A stretch of DNA of 64,000 nt from Ophelia neglecta (lineage: Eukaryota). The first letter of the stretch is position 1; the number at the start of each line of letters is the position of its first letter. The notes under the pieces are model-generated. The model did not search any database, was not told the origin of the DNA, and saw only the letters and a program-made list of their open reading frames with translations. The stretch covers positions 37,200,001 to 37,264,000 of the forward strand of contig OZ260666.1 in assembly GCA_965285935.1 (NCBI GenBank), given 5' to 3'. Below are positions 11,529 to 23,100 of the stretch, in pieces. The position numbers were made by a program, and so were the translations under genes.

Positions 11529-12271
11529 GTAGGCTTTTATATGACATTCCGAGTTTCAATTTAATAGGATAAACCTGGCTTCAGGCCTTAATTTTGAGGT
11601 TGATTTAAGAGTAAAATACCTTTTAGAATTTGAGTGATTAACTAATTTCATTATAAAGGATGGTCTAAATATTACATTTACCGGTACCTAGTATGTCATC
11701 AGTATCACCATAAAGTTTGTCATGCCATAAGCCAATAGCATGTCACTAGCTAATGATAACTATAGTATAAACAAGGCCTAGAGATGTGTTACATCAGTTT
11801 AGTGACTTTGGAGATTATCTACTCATGGCTCTAGTTGATAGCTTTGTAGGCTAATTTGCAATATTGTTTTGGCAAATTTGTAAGTTTGAAAAGTATGGCT
11901 GGCACAACTAAACCGATTATGTGGAAATATTTGAGACCAGTCAAAATCCAGGGTATACCAAAGTATCATATGCAAGAAACCTACAAGTGAACTTCAATTA
12001 GAATTTTGTCTAGGTCAAAGTGAGGATTGTGAGAATTTCACTTTCTTTTCATGAGTATTACATTGCATAGTTCATTATTTTTTAATGTATTGCTCACTTA
12101 TATGAGCAGGCACGCAAGATTATACAGATTTAATTGCTTGACCTTAGCCTCTTTGAATGCTGAGCACCATATCGATGGTAATCCTTTGTTACCATAGCAT
12201 TAATTGATGGAACTTCTTAATTGTCTTAATTGTCTAGTTTATCTATTACCCCAATTTTATTGTTTCTGCAG

Positions 12272-12559
12272 TTAAGAAAGAAATGCCCAAAATCCTGACG
12301 AAGCCCGACCCACTTGAGGTAATGGAACACGATGAAGCGGTGTTCATTGCGCAAGTTAGTGGCAAGCCTGTCCCAAATGTGGAATGGTGGCGAGGAGACA
12401 AAAAACTGGAACCAGGCGACAAACATGTGTATGAAACAGATCACCAGACCTACACACTAACCATTAAAGACACCTTGAAGGATGAAGCAGGCATGATCAC
12501 CATCAAGGCCACAAATGATACAGGCACCATGAGCGCCTCTGCCAGGCTCAAAGTTACCC
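12272..12559 (+). CDS. Exon: Ig domain (type A)
   Basis: ttctgcag|TT ... ACCC|gtgagt; 288 nt. Confidence 0.92.
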
Positions 12560-12714
12560 GTGAGTAAAGCCATATACATTCCTTTTCTTTCGGATATTAT
12601 GATGACTATTTATACTTTTATTTACACTTTGATTATAAGTGTATGTTTTTATTCTTTTTTCATATAATGTATAACCCTTTCGAGCTATACTTAATAATAA
12701 GCATTTATTTGCAG

Positions 12715-13342
12715 CTGTAAAACCGCCAAAAATAGTGACACCTCTAAAGGACACAGTTGCCCCAGAAAATGGCCCTGGTAAATTGTCAGCCAAGATAACC
12801 GGGTTCCCTGCACCAACCGTCACCTGGTACCTGAATGGAGAAGAGATGGTGGAGAGTGAGAATGTCGTGTTTGAGTATGTGCAGAAGGACAGTACATATC
12901 ACATGACACTGCTCAATGACCTCTCCGGAAAAACTGGCACTGTCAAGATTGTAGCCAAAAACAATGGCGGAGAGGTATCATGTGACTGTCAACTGACCAT
13001 ACGTGGCCGTGCGCCCACATTCATTGAAAAACCACTGAAGTGTACCATCCTGGAAGGGGCCACCTGCATTTTTAGGACCATCATTGATGGAGACCCCGAG
13101 CCGAAAGTGACTTGGAGCAAGGGAAAATGGACAAAACTAACCAATGACGCAAACACACGTATATATTATGACGAAGCGACCAAACAACATGTGGTTGAGA
13201 AGGATAACATCAAGCCCAAAGATGCTGGCACTTACACAGTGACCATTGAGAATGAGTTTGGTAGTGACAGCACTCCAGCCACTCTCATTGTCACTAAGGA
13301 TGCCTCTGAAGCAGAAGACTGGGCGTCTGCACTCAAGAAAAC
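12715..13342 (+). CDS. Exon: two Ig domains plus DWASALKKT tail
   Basis: tttgcag|CT ... AAAAC|gtaaga. Confidence 0.92.
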
Positions 13343-13455
13343 GTAAGATAGTATTGCTATTTTATTCCCAAAAACAAGTAAATCATGCAATTTTATTTAA
13401 AACAGTAGACTTATTGTTAATAGCAAGACCATTTCAAATCAACCGCTTTCTTTAG

Positions 13456-13624
13456 GACAACTAAGGAACGTGGAGAAACAGAAGAGGACCTAGAATGGGG
13501 TAAACTGAAAAAAGGCAAGGCTAAGGCTGAAGTTGAGGCAGAGCCTGCTTTTGATATCAAACTGAAGAAGGTTGAACGACCTGAGGATGAGGTTGAAGCG
13601 AAAGAGAGGGAAATAATTGAAACT
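13456..13624 (+). CDS. Exon: charged E/K-rich linker (not in + ORF track)
   Basis: ttctttag|G ... ACT|gtaagt; TTKERGETEEDLEWGKLKKGKAKAEVEAEPAFDIKLKKVERPEDE. Confidence 0.88.
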
Positions 13625-14092
13625 GTAAGTTATACCTTCCTTGTCATGATAATGCCTATTTTCAGGTGGAATATTGCCCCCTAGATACAAGTCCTAAACA
13701 TTCTGAAGCAAAATTGTAGATCAACAATGAGCAATTATCCATACTTAGTATGAATACCCATTAAACGTTTCTCAGGTGTTGTTAAGATGATTGCATTTAC
13801 ATTTATAAAATGTCTACGGTAAATCATAATGGTGGATATACCTACCAGGAGATTAACAAGTACCCAATTGATTCACACAGACATATATAATTGAAATTCA
13901 AATAAAGAGTAGCCAATTACACGCTTGCCCTGTAGAATTAAGGAAATAAATATTAACATATTCAAAATGTCAAGATCATCACCCAGGTATTTTCTGGGAC
14001 ATAGATATATGTCAACCCCTGCAACCGTAGGTCTTGTATTTTTGAGGAAAAAGTAGAAAGAACTACATAGAATCATTTGATATGTAATGTAG

Positions 14093-14287
14093 AAAGAACG
14101 TGAGAAAACTGAATTCAAGAAAGTTGAGCGCGAGGAGGTAGAAATTGAGCAGGCTGAGCCTAAACCTAAACAAGTGGCAGAAGAAGAAATAACTCCTGAG
14201 CCTGAAAAGGATAAATACAAGAGAGCTCCCAAGAAGGAACCTGAGAAACCAGAGGAACCTGAGAAACTCAAGACAGGCAAAGCTGAA
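14093..14287 (+). CDS. Exon: PEVK-like E/K/P-rich linker
   Basis: aatgtag|AAA ... GAA|gtaaat; phase 0-0; KEREKTEFKKVEREE...KKEPEKPEEPEK. Confidence 0.85.
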
Positions 14288-15129
14288 GTAAATGACTCCT
14301 TTGCGAATCGATGTCATTGTCGTGACACCCTTCATAACAAATACCTGGATGTTGTGTGCCAAGTCCTCCATACTAACACTCTGAAGTTTTGCTGTTTGTG
14401 AAGTAATTAACTGCCTTCTACAATCTCTGATGCAGCACTTTTCTTTCCAAGAACACTGGATAAACATTTGCACAATTCCTTTCCAACCAAATGATATTTT
14501 CCCATTGGAGAGCATGATTACATAACAGAATATTTGTTCACCCCCCGCGCCCATCCCACACCTATTTGTTATATTAGTTGAGTAGTATATGAATGGGTAG
14601 GTGATAGTAGTAGGTAATGTCAGGATGATTCATAAACTATTTTAGTCACAATTGTTCACAGTAAATTCTAGACATAGCAAGCCATAAAAAACAGCTAGGA
14701 AACAATTTATGGGCTTGTACATTTCTATAATTTATAGAGAACAGAAATGATACTGATTTAGTTATATGGGTTTACATATATTAATACTTTGGTACAATAA
14801 TTGTGTGTCATATGTTTGGATACACCTGTAGTATTCTTAAAGACTGTTGCGTGTAAATTAGCAGACTAATAAATAGAGGTTTACATCTTCAACACTAAAT
14901 TTGTAGCACCAAAAGTAAACTTGACAGCACATTTAACCAAAGACTATTTAAATGCCGCTTAAATCCACATTTCTTGGACAATTGGAATAACTTAGGCCAA
15001 TCTACAATTCAGTCTTAAAAGAATTGAGCATTCATTCTTATTCCATAGTATGATGTTCAGAGATAGTTTTTTGTGTGAATTGAGTGTTTATATATTATGC
15101 CTATTCTACCCTAAGCTTTCCCTCTACAG

Positions 15130-15270
15130 TTTACGTTCACTAAGGAGCTAGAAGACCAGACTGTGACTGAAACTCACACTGCAGTGTTTACCTGTGAGGT
15201 TAACAAAAAGAACATCCCAGTGCAGTGGTTTGTCAACAAAAAGGAGGTTGTCCCAGGACCCAAATATCAG
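15130..15270 (+). CDS. Exon: Ig domain, N-half
   Basis: ctctacag|TTT ... CAG|gtaaaa; FTFTKELEDQTV...FTCEVNK...VQWF. Confidence 0.9.
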
Positions 15271-15490
15271 GTAAAAAGCTGAAAAGAAAATGGCTAGAGT
15301 AAAAACAAATGCTGGCTGGCTATGATATTTGAATATTTATGACAGTTTTGGAATTGTTTGAACAAAATTTCAGCCTATTTGTATATCAGTTCAGGAAAAA
15401 TAAATGTCATGCTGTTAGTTCACAAACATATAGATGCACACACAACACCAGGACAGAGGCTTATGTTCACTCATTTATTTTGTCTTAAAG

Positions 15491-15608
15491 GTTCTGGTTG
15501 AAGACCTCGTACACAAGTTGTCCATAACTATCTGCAAACCTGTGGATGAAGGGGAGGTTACGGCAGTCTTCAAAAAAGCTACCACCACTGCAAAACTAAC
15601 AGTTGAAC
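15491..15608 (+). CDS. Exon: Ig domain, C-half
   Basis: cttaaag|GTT ... GAAC|gtgagt. Confidence 0.88.
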
Positions 15609-16448
15609 GTGAGTAACATTTGAAACTTTTTATGTGTAAGGGCAGCCCCTACATCATCCCCTTCACTCTCAAAGTCATCATTTCATCATCGGAACCATCA
15701 CTGTCATTTAGGTCTTTTTCTGAGCACTACACGCTACCTGTAGTCTGTGCGGTGCTGTGGAGTTGCGATATCAGCCTTAATATGCTCTAAAGATAGGCCT
15801 CCCCTTAGTCCATGTTGTAAGTGGCACTCTATGTGCACCAGAGCTACAGCGCAGCTTCACAGCGTAGTGCCCAATAGAAACACCCCAAATTGTTAATGTT
15901 ATATTATGTCACATGGAGAAAACTGAATGGACTGCAGACTCTGCTCTATATCTGGCTTCAGGTACTGTAGGTCTAACTTTTGGCATGGTTTTCTGTGTTA
16001 CATTTTGTTGTTACTAGCCACTAGCCATGCTCAGTTGCTCACTTATAATAAAAAAAATAAGAGTACAAATCAGCCATGAAGTATGACTGACAATTCTTTG
16101 ATAGTCAGACATACAGTATGACTAAAATTACATATGAAAACTCTTTATCCCATTGCATGCTCAAAGACCTGATCCTTTAATTTAACGGATATGTCACAAG
16201 TCAGCTGATATTTGTAATAGATGTTTAACCTTATTATAAAACAACTTTCTTCTGAACATTGAAAGTATACACCCTTTCTTCCTGCTTTTACAAATGTGTG
16301 TTATCCTGACCAAGATTTTTATTACTAAGATGTGTTTTCGTGTCTGATAGCTTTTAACCAAATGAAGTTGATTTTAATATTAACAGATATGACACGTTTA
16401 CAGACAAATTGGCTTAAATAACCATGTGTTTTATTGTTTCGCATGCAG

Positions 16449-16721
16449 CCGTGTCAGAACCTGCATATTTCACCCGTATGTTGGAAGATGCCACTGTGGC
16501 CGAGGGCACAGTCGCTGAGTTTGTGTGCGAAGTTCACCCCCATGATGCCGAGGTCACATGGTACATAGATGGCATTGAGGTCCATCAAAGTAACAAATAC
16601 AAATTAAGCAAAGCCCATGCTGAACGCCAGTTGGAGATACTAAATGTAATACGCAAGGATGATGGCAAAGTTTCAGTAGCAACTTCAGATGTGGAGTGTT
16701 ATGCTACTCTTACTGTGGAAG
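16449..16721 (+). CDS. Exon: Ig domain
   Basis: catgcag|CC ... GAAG|gtaggt; 273 nt, phase 1-1. Confidence 0.88.
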
Positions 16722-18070
16722 GTAGGTTGGAAGTGGGAAACATTGCTGGCTTATTTATAGAACTTACAGGCCGAATGGATACTTATCATGAAAAAAAAAT
16801 TACATTTTAAATGCAAAAAAAGATGACCAGTAGCTTTTAACACACTCAAATAGCTTACTCAAATTATACTGTAGTCAAATACAATACATAATGTTTTGTT
16901 ACATTTTATAAAGATTAATAATACTAAAATACACCTACATATTCCTCATAAAAGAAAATCAATATTCCATAGACATATATAAGCCAAATAGCTTCGAAGA
17001 TATTGGTGAGTGTGTTTAACTGACTGAAGGAATGTTTATGTATGACTGAACGAAAACTTTAAATATGGATGAAATAACATATTTGGTTCACTAACGAATG
17101 TTCAACATTGGCTGGACACCTGCAAAGTACAAAGCATGATGAATTAGACTTAAAAAGGTGCAAAACAAAGTTCTAGTAGATGTCCATTCCAGGCATTTAA
17201 ACATGCCGTTTCCAATATAATTAATTCAACCTGTTCCGATATATAGTAGTCCTATTTCCTTTAGACCCAGTACATTTAAGACATTTTTTGAAAATAAAAG
17301 AGCTTTCCTAAAAGTATAATCAATTTGAATGCTCAGTGTAGATCCCTCTTTTATTGGAGTTCAAACAAAGGAAGTTTTATGTATGTCTTTATGAATGCTC
17401 CAAAAGGATTGACCAAGGCAACTGACAGAGATTAGAACTTAGTGATTAAACTAGTTTTTCAATTACATTTAAAACTATCTTACTATTTATTTTTTGCACA
17501 TACCACCATTTATTAACTTTAACATAGACTTGTTTGCAATGCCTTATTTGTAGATACTGAATTTAGATGCCCCTCCCCCATGGTCTAAACCCCAGGTCAT
17601 GAAGGAGGTGTTCTTGTAGAAACCTAAAAACTAGGCATTTAGATGTAGAACTATGCCCATTGTCTAATGCATGCATTTGTATCTATATTATTGTGGTGTT
17701 TCAATTGAGAAAAATAGAGACCCATCCTTCAATATTCTGAAATGTAACATGCATGTATTCTTTAATTAATGATTATCACCTACATTTTATTCTAGTATGA
17801 TTTATTCACCATAGCAATTAAGACGTTCTTACCGTTGTTATCATTTCTTGATTAAACATGATTGTTAGAAGTTTATTTTCATTAGATAGTTTCAGTTGTA
17901 GCATTTTTATTTCAAGTGTTTTTTTTCTGTATATTTACACTCGCTTTGAGAATTCCAAAGGTAGACCGTGAATTGTGAGTTATACGTGGCCACTGTTTAT
18001 ATTATTCTTGGATTAATGATATAGATTGATCAAAATGTTATTGGTTACATTAATGGGACTTATAGGGGAT

Positions 18071-18085
18071 GGGGGGGGGGGGGGG
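18071..18085 (+). repeat. G15 homopolymer, intronic
   Basis: ggggat followed by 15 G. Confidence 0.9.
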
Positions 18086-18207
18086 TTATTTCAATCTATG
18101 AATATGCCTTTGGAATTCTCAGGGCCATCCATCACATTTATTCTGTACCTCTATCATTTTCCCTAACACCCCTGCGTTGCAATAATGAGTGCCTTTCCAC
18201 TAACTAG

Positions 18208-18480
18208 TGTCAGACACAGAGGTGGTTGAAACTCGGCTGTTCTATGAGGCCTATGAGGAAGAGTTTGTGCACACAGCGGCTGAGTTCTTGTGTGCTCGGG
18301 GTGGGGTGGACACGATGGAGATCCACTCGACTTCTGATTCACAGGGCAAGGTCACCAAGGCTGTAGAGGGTGCTCAGCAGAGACGCTGGGTGGTCAAGAA
18401 AGTGTTTCTAGACAATCGTAGTCGCACAAGAGTAGAGCGTTGGTCTGTCAAATCCTATGTAGACTATGTATGCACTGCTG
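18208..18480 (+). CDS. Exon: 91-aa non-canonical (non-Ig or degenerate Ig) domain
   Basis: ctttccactaactag|TG ... GCTG|gtgagt; 273 nt, open, phase 1-1, GC-rich relative to flanking introns. Confidence 0.75.
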
Positions 18481-18674
18481 GTGAGTCACTAACACATTGC
18501 CGTTACAGCTAACACTCATTTGTTGTCTAATAATAGTATTCTTTTATGTAACTTTTATTTGTAGTTTAGTTGTTTTTTTCGAGTTGTTTTTACTAAAACT
18601 TGATGATAATTATTTCACATCATTTTTTCACTAGTTTCTCATGCACTTAACAAAACCCAAATTTTCTCTATCAG

Positions 18675-18962
18675 AGGCCTTGGCTGAAGTAGCTTTGGGT
18701 TTTATGGAAGATGCAGTTTTCTCTAAGCAAACTGTAGAATTTATCTGCCAGCTTAATTCACCTTGTGAAGATGTGAAGTGGCTTAAAGATGGGAAAGTGC
18801 TGGCAGCAGGGAAAATATTCAAAAAGTATGAAATGAGCAATCAGTTTGGAACAAATCATACCCTCACGGTCCATGATGTCACATTGTTTGACCAGGGAAT
18901 ATACACATTCAAAGTGGTGGAACTAGGAGCAAGGTTGAAAACTGATACAACAGTTACCAGAG
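18675..18962 (+). CDS. Exon: divergent Ig domain (may read through to a stop at 19135)
   Basis: ttctctatcag|AG ... AGAG|gtgtgt; 288 nt; VEFICQL...VKWLKDG...HTLTV...DQGIYTF. Confidence 0.8.
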
Positions 18963-20181
18963 GTGTGTTAAGTGACCATTCTGACAGTGATTATAGTGTA
19001 ACTAGCCCTATCCCCAAATCGCCTGATTTCCTTTCTTTACCAGTATATGAATTTAGTCCAATATCTACTAGCGAATGCGTAAATGATAGTCAGGAAAACG
19101 ATGACTATTTGTATAAATTCCAAAGTTTGAGTTAAAATTTAGTTCCAGACTTTCATAAAGAGAAATTTGAGGTAAATTTCCCATAGATGAACTTAACTGG
19201 TAGTCAATTGTCATTATAAATAAACTTAAAATAATATTTACCGTTTACTCATAAGTTAAAAAGAATGTTAAAGCATTCACAAATTGTCTAATACAATCTG
19301 AAAAAAACTAATCTTGTACAGAATCATGAAAATCATCATTACTATTTAATATAAGTGTAAGAAATTAATTGCGAGTGACCAACAATTACTGCTTGATTTA
19401 CCTTAAGGTCCCCAACTCAAACAATAATAATTTGCTATATTACTGTAAAAATTTCTTTCATTATTAGACATGATGACTGTATATATTGGCACAGTGAAGG
19501 TTTAAAAATATGTTCTGTAAATCTAATTCTATAATATGATTATTGCGTGCATGTATCAAAACCGATTAAATATTTATATATGGTATTTTATGTCATTCTT
19601 GTGTACATACTTTTTTGTTTTGTATTACCTTTTACTATAATTTGTGATAAAATGTCTATATCTAACCTGGGACTAGTTTCAATATACTAGTCCCAGATCT
19701 AACCATTAGGATGCTAATATAATTTCTATGTTTGGGCATATGTTAGTTGCGTGTGTCTGTAAAAGCTTTGCATCATGTTGATAATGCATGCAACTTTTTT
19801 ATCGCTTATGTTGTTAGTGCATGTATTTTATGCGATATCTCAGAAGGAATATATGTTCTCAACATTGCAAAACTTTGCAACAAGTACATCAATCTAAATA
19901 ATATATTATCTTCACATAACAAACACATGCTTAAATAATTTGCTGTTGACTAGCTTCTTCACATTCACACTCCTGTACATGTACATGCCTGCAATTCAAT
20001 TTCAAGCCAGATACTCTAACTGTATAATAGCATATTTGCTGGTACCTATGCACAACTCTTTCTTGGTGAACTGCTTCCACAGCTTAGGGAGCAAACATAC
20101 AGAGCAGTATGATTTGCTTAAAAACCAGCCCAACATTCTTAGCAACAATGATGGATGAAATGTGTTTGTTTTTGTTAATAG

Positions 20182-23100
20182 AGAATGCAGCTCAAAGACG
20201 ACATTCCGAGTGGGTGGGAAGTTCATTGCATGATGTTAGTAAATCGCCTCTCCGTGCCAGACTCGCTGCTGAGCTTAAGAGAAGGTCTGTATCCAGCTTG
20301 ACCTTTGAACCAGGGCTGCGTGCTGTTGACTTTGATACAAGTGGAGGTGGTCTAGATGAAAGCTTGGCCAGTCTGGACTCGGGGGAATACCAAGATGCAT
20401 CCCGCCTAGTGAGACGTAAAAGCCAGTTTGTTGAAGAAACCATAGATTCATTTGAGTCGAGAGCTAGTATTGCAGAGTTGACTAAATCACTCCCTGTCAT
20501 CAATGCTCCTTTGACTACTGAGGATAATGATGACGATGACCAGGTTTTTATTAATGAAACAGATGTTGCCATGTCCCCTCCCAGCAACACACATCAAAGC
20601 AAGACGTCCTCACCAGCAAGGAGCTTCAGAATGGAGAGAGAGGAGATGGAAAGCATGGTTAACAGGCTTTCCACCTCAGTTGCAATGGGTCAAGACCCCA
20701 GGCGCAAATCAGACTTACTTTACTTTTCCTACACAGAAGGTAAATCTCCTGATTTAGTCGTACATCCACAAGATGAACCGAGACTGTCCCAGCGCTTGTC
20801 AGTTGCTTCACCTCTGCAGCTTCCAAATTGGGGTTCATCTATGGAGGAGCAGGATTCATTATCCTACTCTCTCCCATCAGATCTAGATGATCAGACTGCA
20901 GGTAGGGATACAGTCGAGACAAAACCTGATCATGATTCTTGTAAATCACAACCAATTACAAATGATGAAATCGATTGTGTTAGGGACTCCTCTGTAAAAG
21001 CACACAAGAAGGCCTTCATTTCGTCAGATGTGTCTATGTGTGCCACGTCTGATATTTTAAAAGTTTGTGTTCCTCAACCCAGTGAATTCGAAGCTCGCTC
21101 CTCACCCCACCTATCTCCCTCATTAATTAACACAGCATCTACCATCGATTCTATTCCTGACGTTTCTCAAATTTCCGAATCTCAATTTGAGAACAAATCA
21201 GTTGTTGCCCGAGGGTTTGACTTTGATACTCCTCAGCCATCACTGCGATCACCTAGTCATTCTCCAAAGATGGGAAGACGCTCACTGAGCAACCTGCCGA
21301 ATGTTTCCTCAAAGACCTCTGACAATACAGGGAATCTTCCATCTCCTAGAATGGGTTTAAAAGCAGTAAGTGTACATGTGACTTCCAGTAGTTCACAAAA
21401 GAAACCGGACAGTGATAATCAGAAAACTTCTCAAATTCAAGAAAGAAAGACCAGTAGTCCATTACAAACCTCGTCTACGTTTAGTAGGTCAGACAATGGT
21501 ATCAGCTGCAGAGAAGACGTTCCTAGTGGATTAAGCGAGTCTGATTTCGACGAATACACGCATAGAATCAGAGATTCAGTTGGGAAGAAAAGGCAAGGAC
21601 GAAGGGCATGGGGTGATACAAGTAAAGACTCCAGCGACACTGACAATCCTAGATCAAACGCATCCAGTCTAATGGGCACCGACTCTTGCATAGTCTCATC
21701 TGACGATTCCGACTCTGACACCCCAAGTGAGGAAGAATACGATCTCACGTCAACAATTACCACGTCTACTGTCACTGAGGAAGATGATTGGTCGTTTTAT
21801 GTTTCAAATGCAGGGGAAGACAATGAAACTGCACAGTATGTTGACCAGCCACATATTATTTATATTGAGGAAGACATCAGTGATCTAGATTTGAGAGAAC
21901 AAATCAGGCAAGTCAAACTCAGAACCCAAGAGACCATCCCCGAACTAACGGAAGAGTCGGCGTCAGAATTGGAGACAACATCTGAATTACAGGCCATATC
22001 AGAATCTGACTCTAGCTCTGTTCATTCAGGTTACTGTGATGAAGCTGTTGGGAGTTCATACTCAGATACCGATTCCGATGGGCAATCAGACAAATCTGCC
22101 AACTCTGTACTAGTGGAATATCCAACCTCTTCTCAGCATTCATCAATAGTGGAGTCGATAGTGTGCGAACTGTCAGAGAGTGAGTCTGAGAAATGTAAAA
22201 CCCCTTGGAATCAACAGGACAATAGCGACCACAGTCCAATAGATGTCATAGATTTTCCGGACCAGAATCTTAGAGTTAGTATTGCAATGGAGAATGTTGA
22301 TCTTGAAATGGAAGAGAATGATACAAACGAGGATCCTTTTTCAGAGGAAGAATTGTTTGAACCAAGTGGTGTGCAGATTACTGAAACATATACTCATATT
22401 ATTTCATCGGAAAATACCCAAACATGTCTATCAACAGACGATCAAGTAGTCGATGCCAAAAACGAACAACCAATGTCATCTAGGAAAGGTCGACGAAAGT
22501 CTGCACCTGACGCTGGCGAATGGACATCATCAGCCAGACCAAGATCAAAATCTGCAGATGAAACTAAGCAGGCTGCTATCTTGTACAATGTAGATACACA
22601 CATTGAAATTAAATCACCAAAGAGAAAATGGAGAAGGTTTAAATCAATGGCTTACAAGTACTTCTCCCCCGAAAGAAAAGCAACCTTGAAAAGGAGTCAG
22701 TCAGAAAAGGCTTTGAACGTCGAGGAAGACGACGAAGGAACTGACTCAGATTGCAGAATACATAGAAGCTTGTCCACATACTCCCTTGGTGGAGAGACTG
22801 ATACAGATACGAATCCATCCTTGTCAAGACCCATTTCTTTTGAAAGACTTGATGTAATTCAGTATGGCTCTGGACATTCTTTGGATCAAAATATGTCGGA
22901 TGAGGAAGAAAATCAAAACTGGTCTGACGAGTTTGACAGAATACACAACCAGTCAATTGATCAGATGTCTCAGGAAATTTTAGGGATGAACTCTGAAATC
23001 CAGCACGTTGATGACGCTGGTTGTGTAAACAGGAGAGACAGAGTATGGTCTTCGTCTGTAACTGTCTTCAACATCAACCAAGACGATCCATCCACCATTC

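Noticed and set aside
15722-15871. Degenerate GC-richer inverted repeat in an intron (gcactac...gctgtggagttgcg / cgcagcttcacagcgtagtgc)
   Set aside because: The arms are too imperfect to define TIRs or a TSD. It may be an old element remnant but cannot be supported without a repeat library.
20109-20181. ATG-initiated start of the 2578-aa ORF as a stand-alone intronless gene, retrogene or transposon ORF
   Set aside because: The first codons overlap a T-rich polypyrimidine tract ending in a phase-compatible AG. No RT, integrase or transposase motifs, LTRs or TIRs were seen. A spliced terminal exon is more parsimonious, though a nested gene is not formally excluded.
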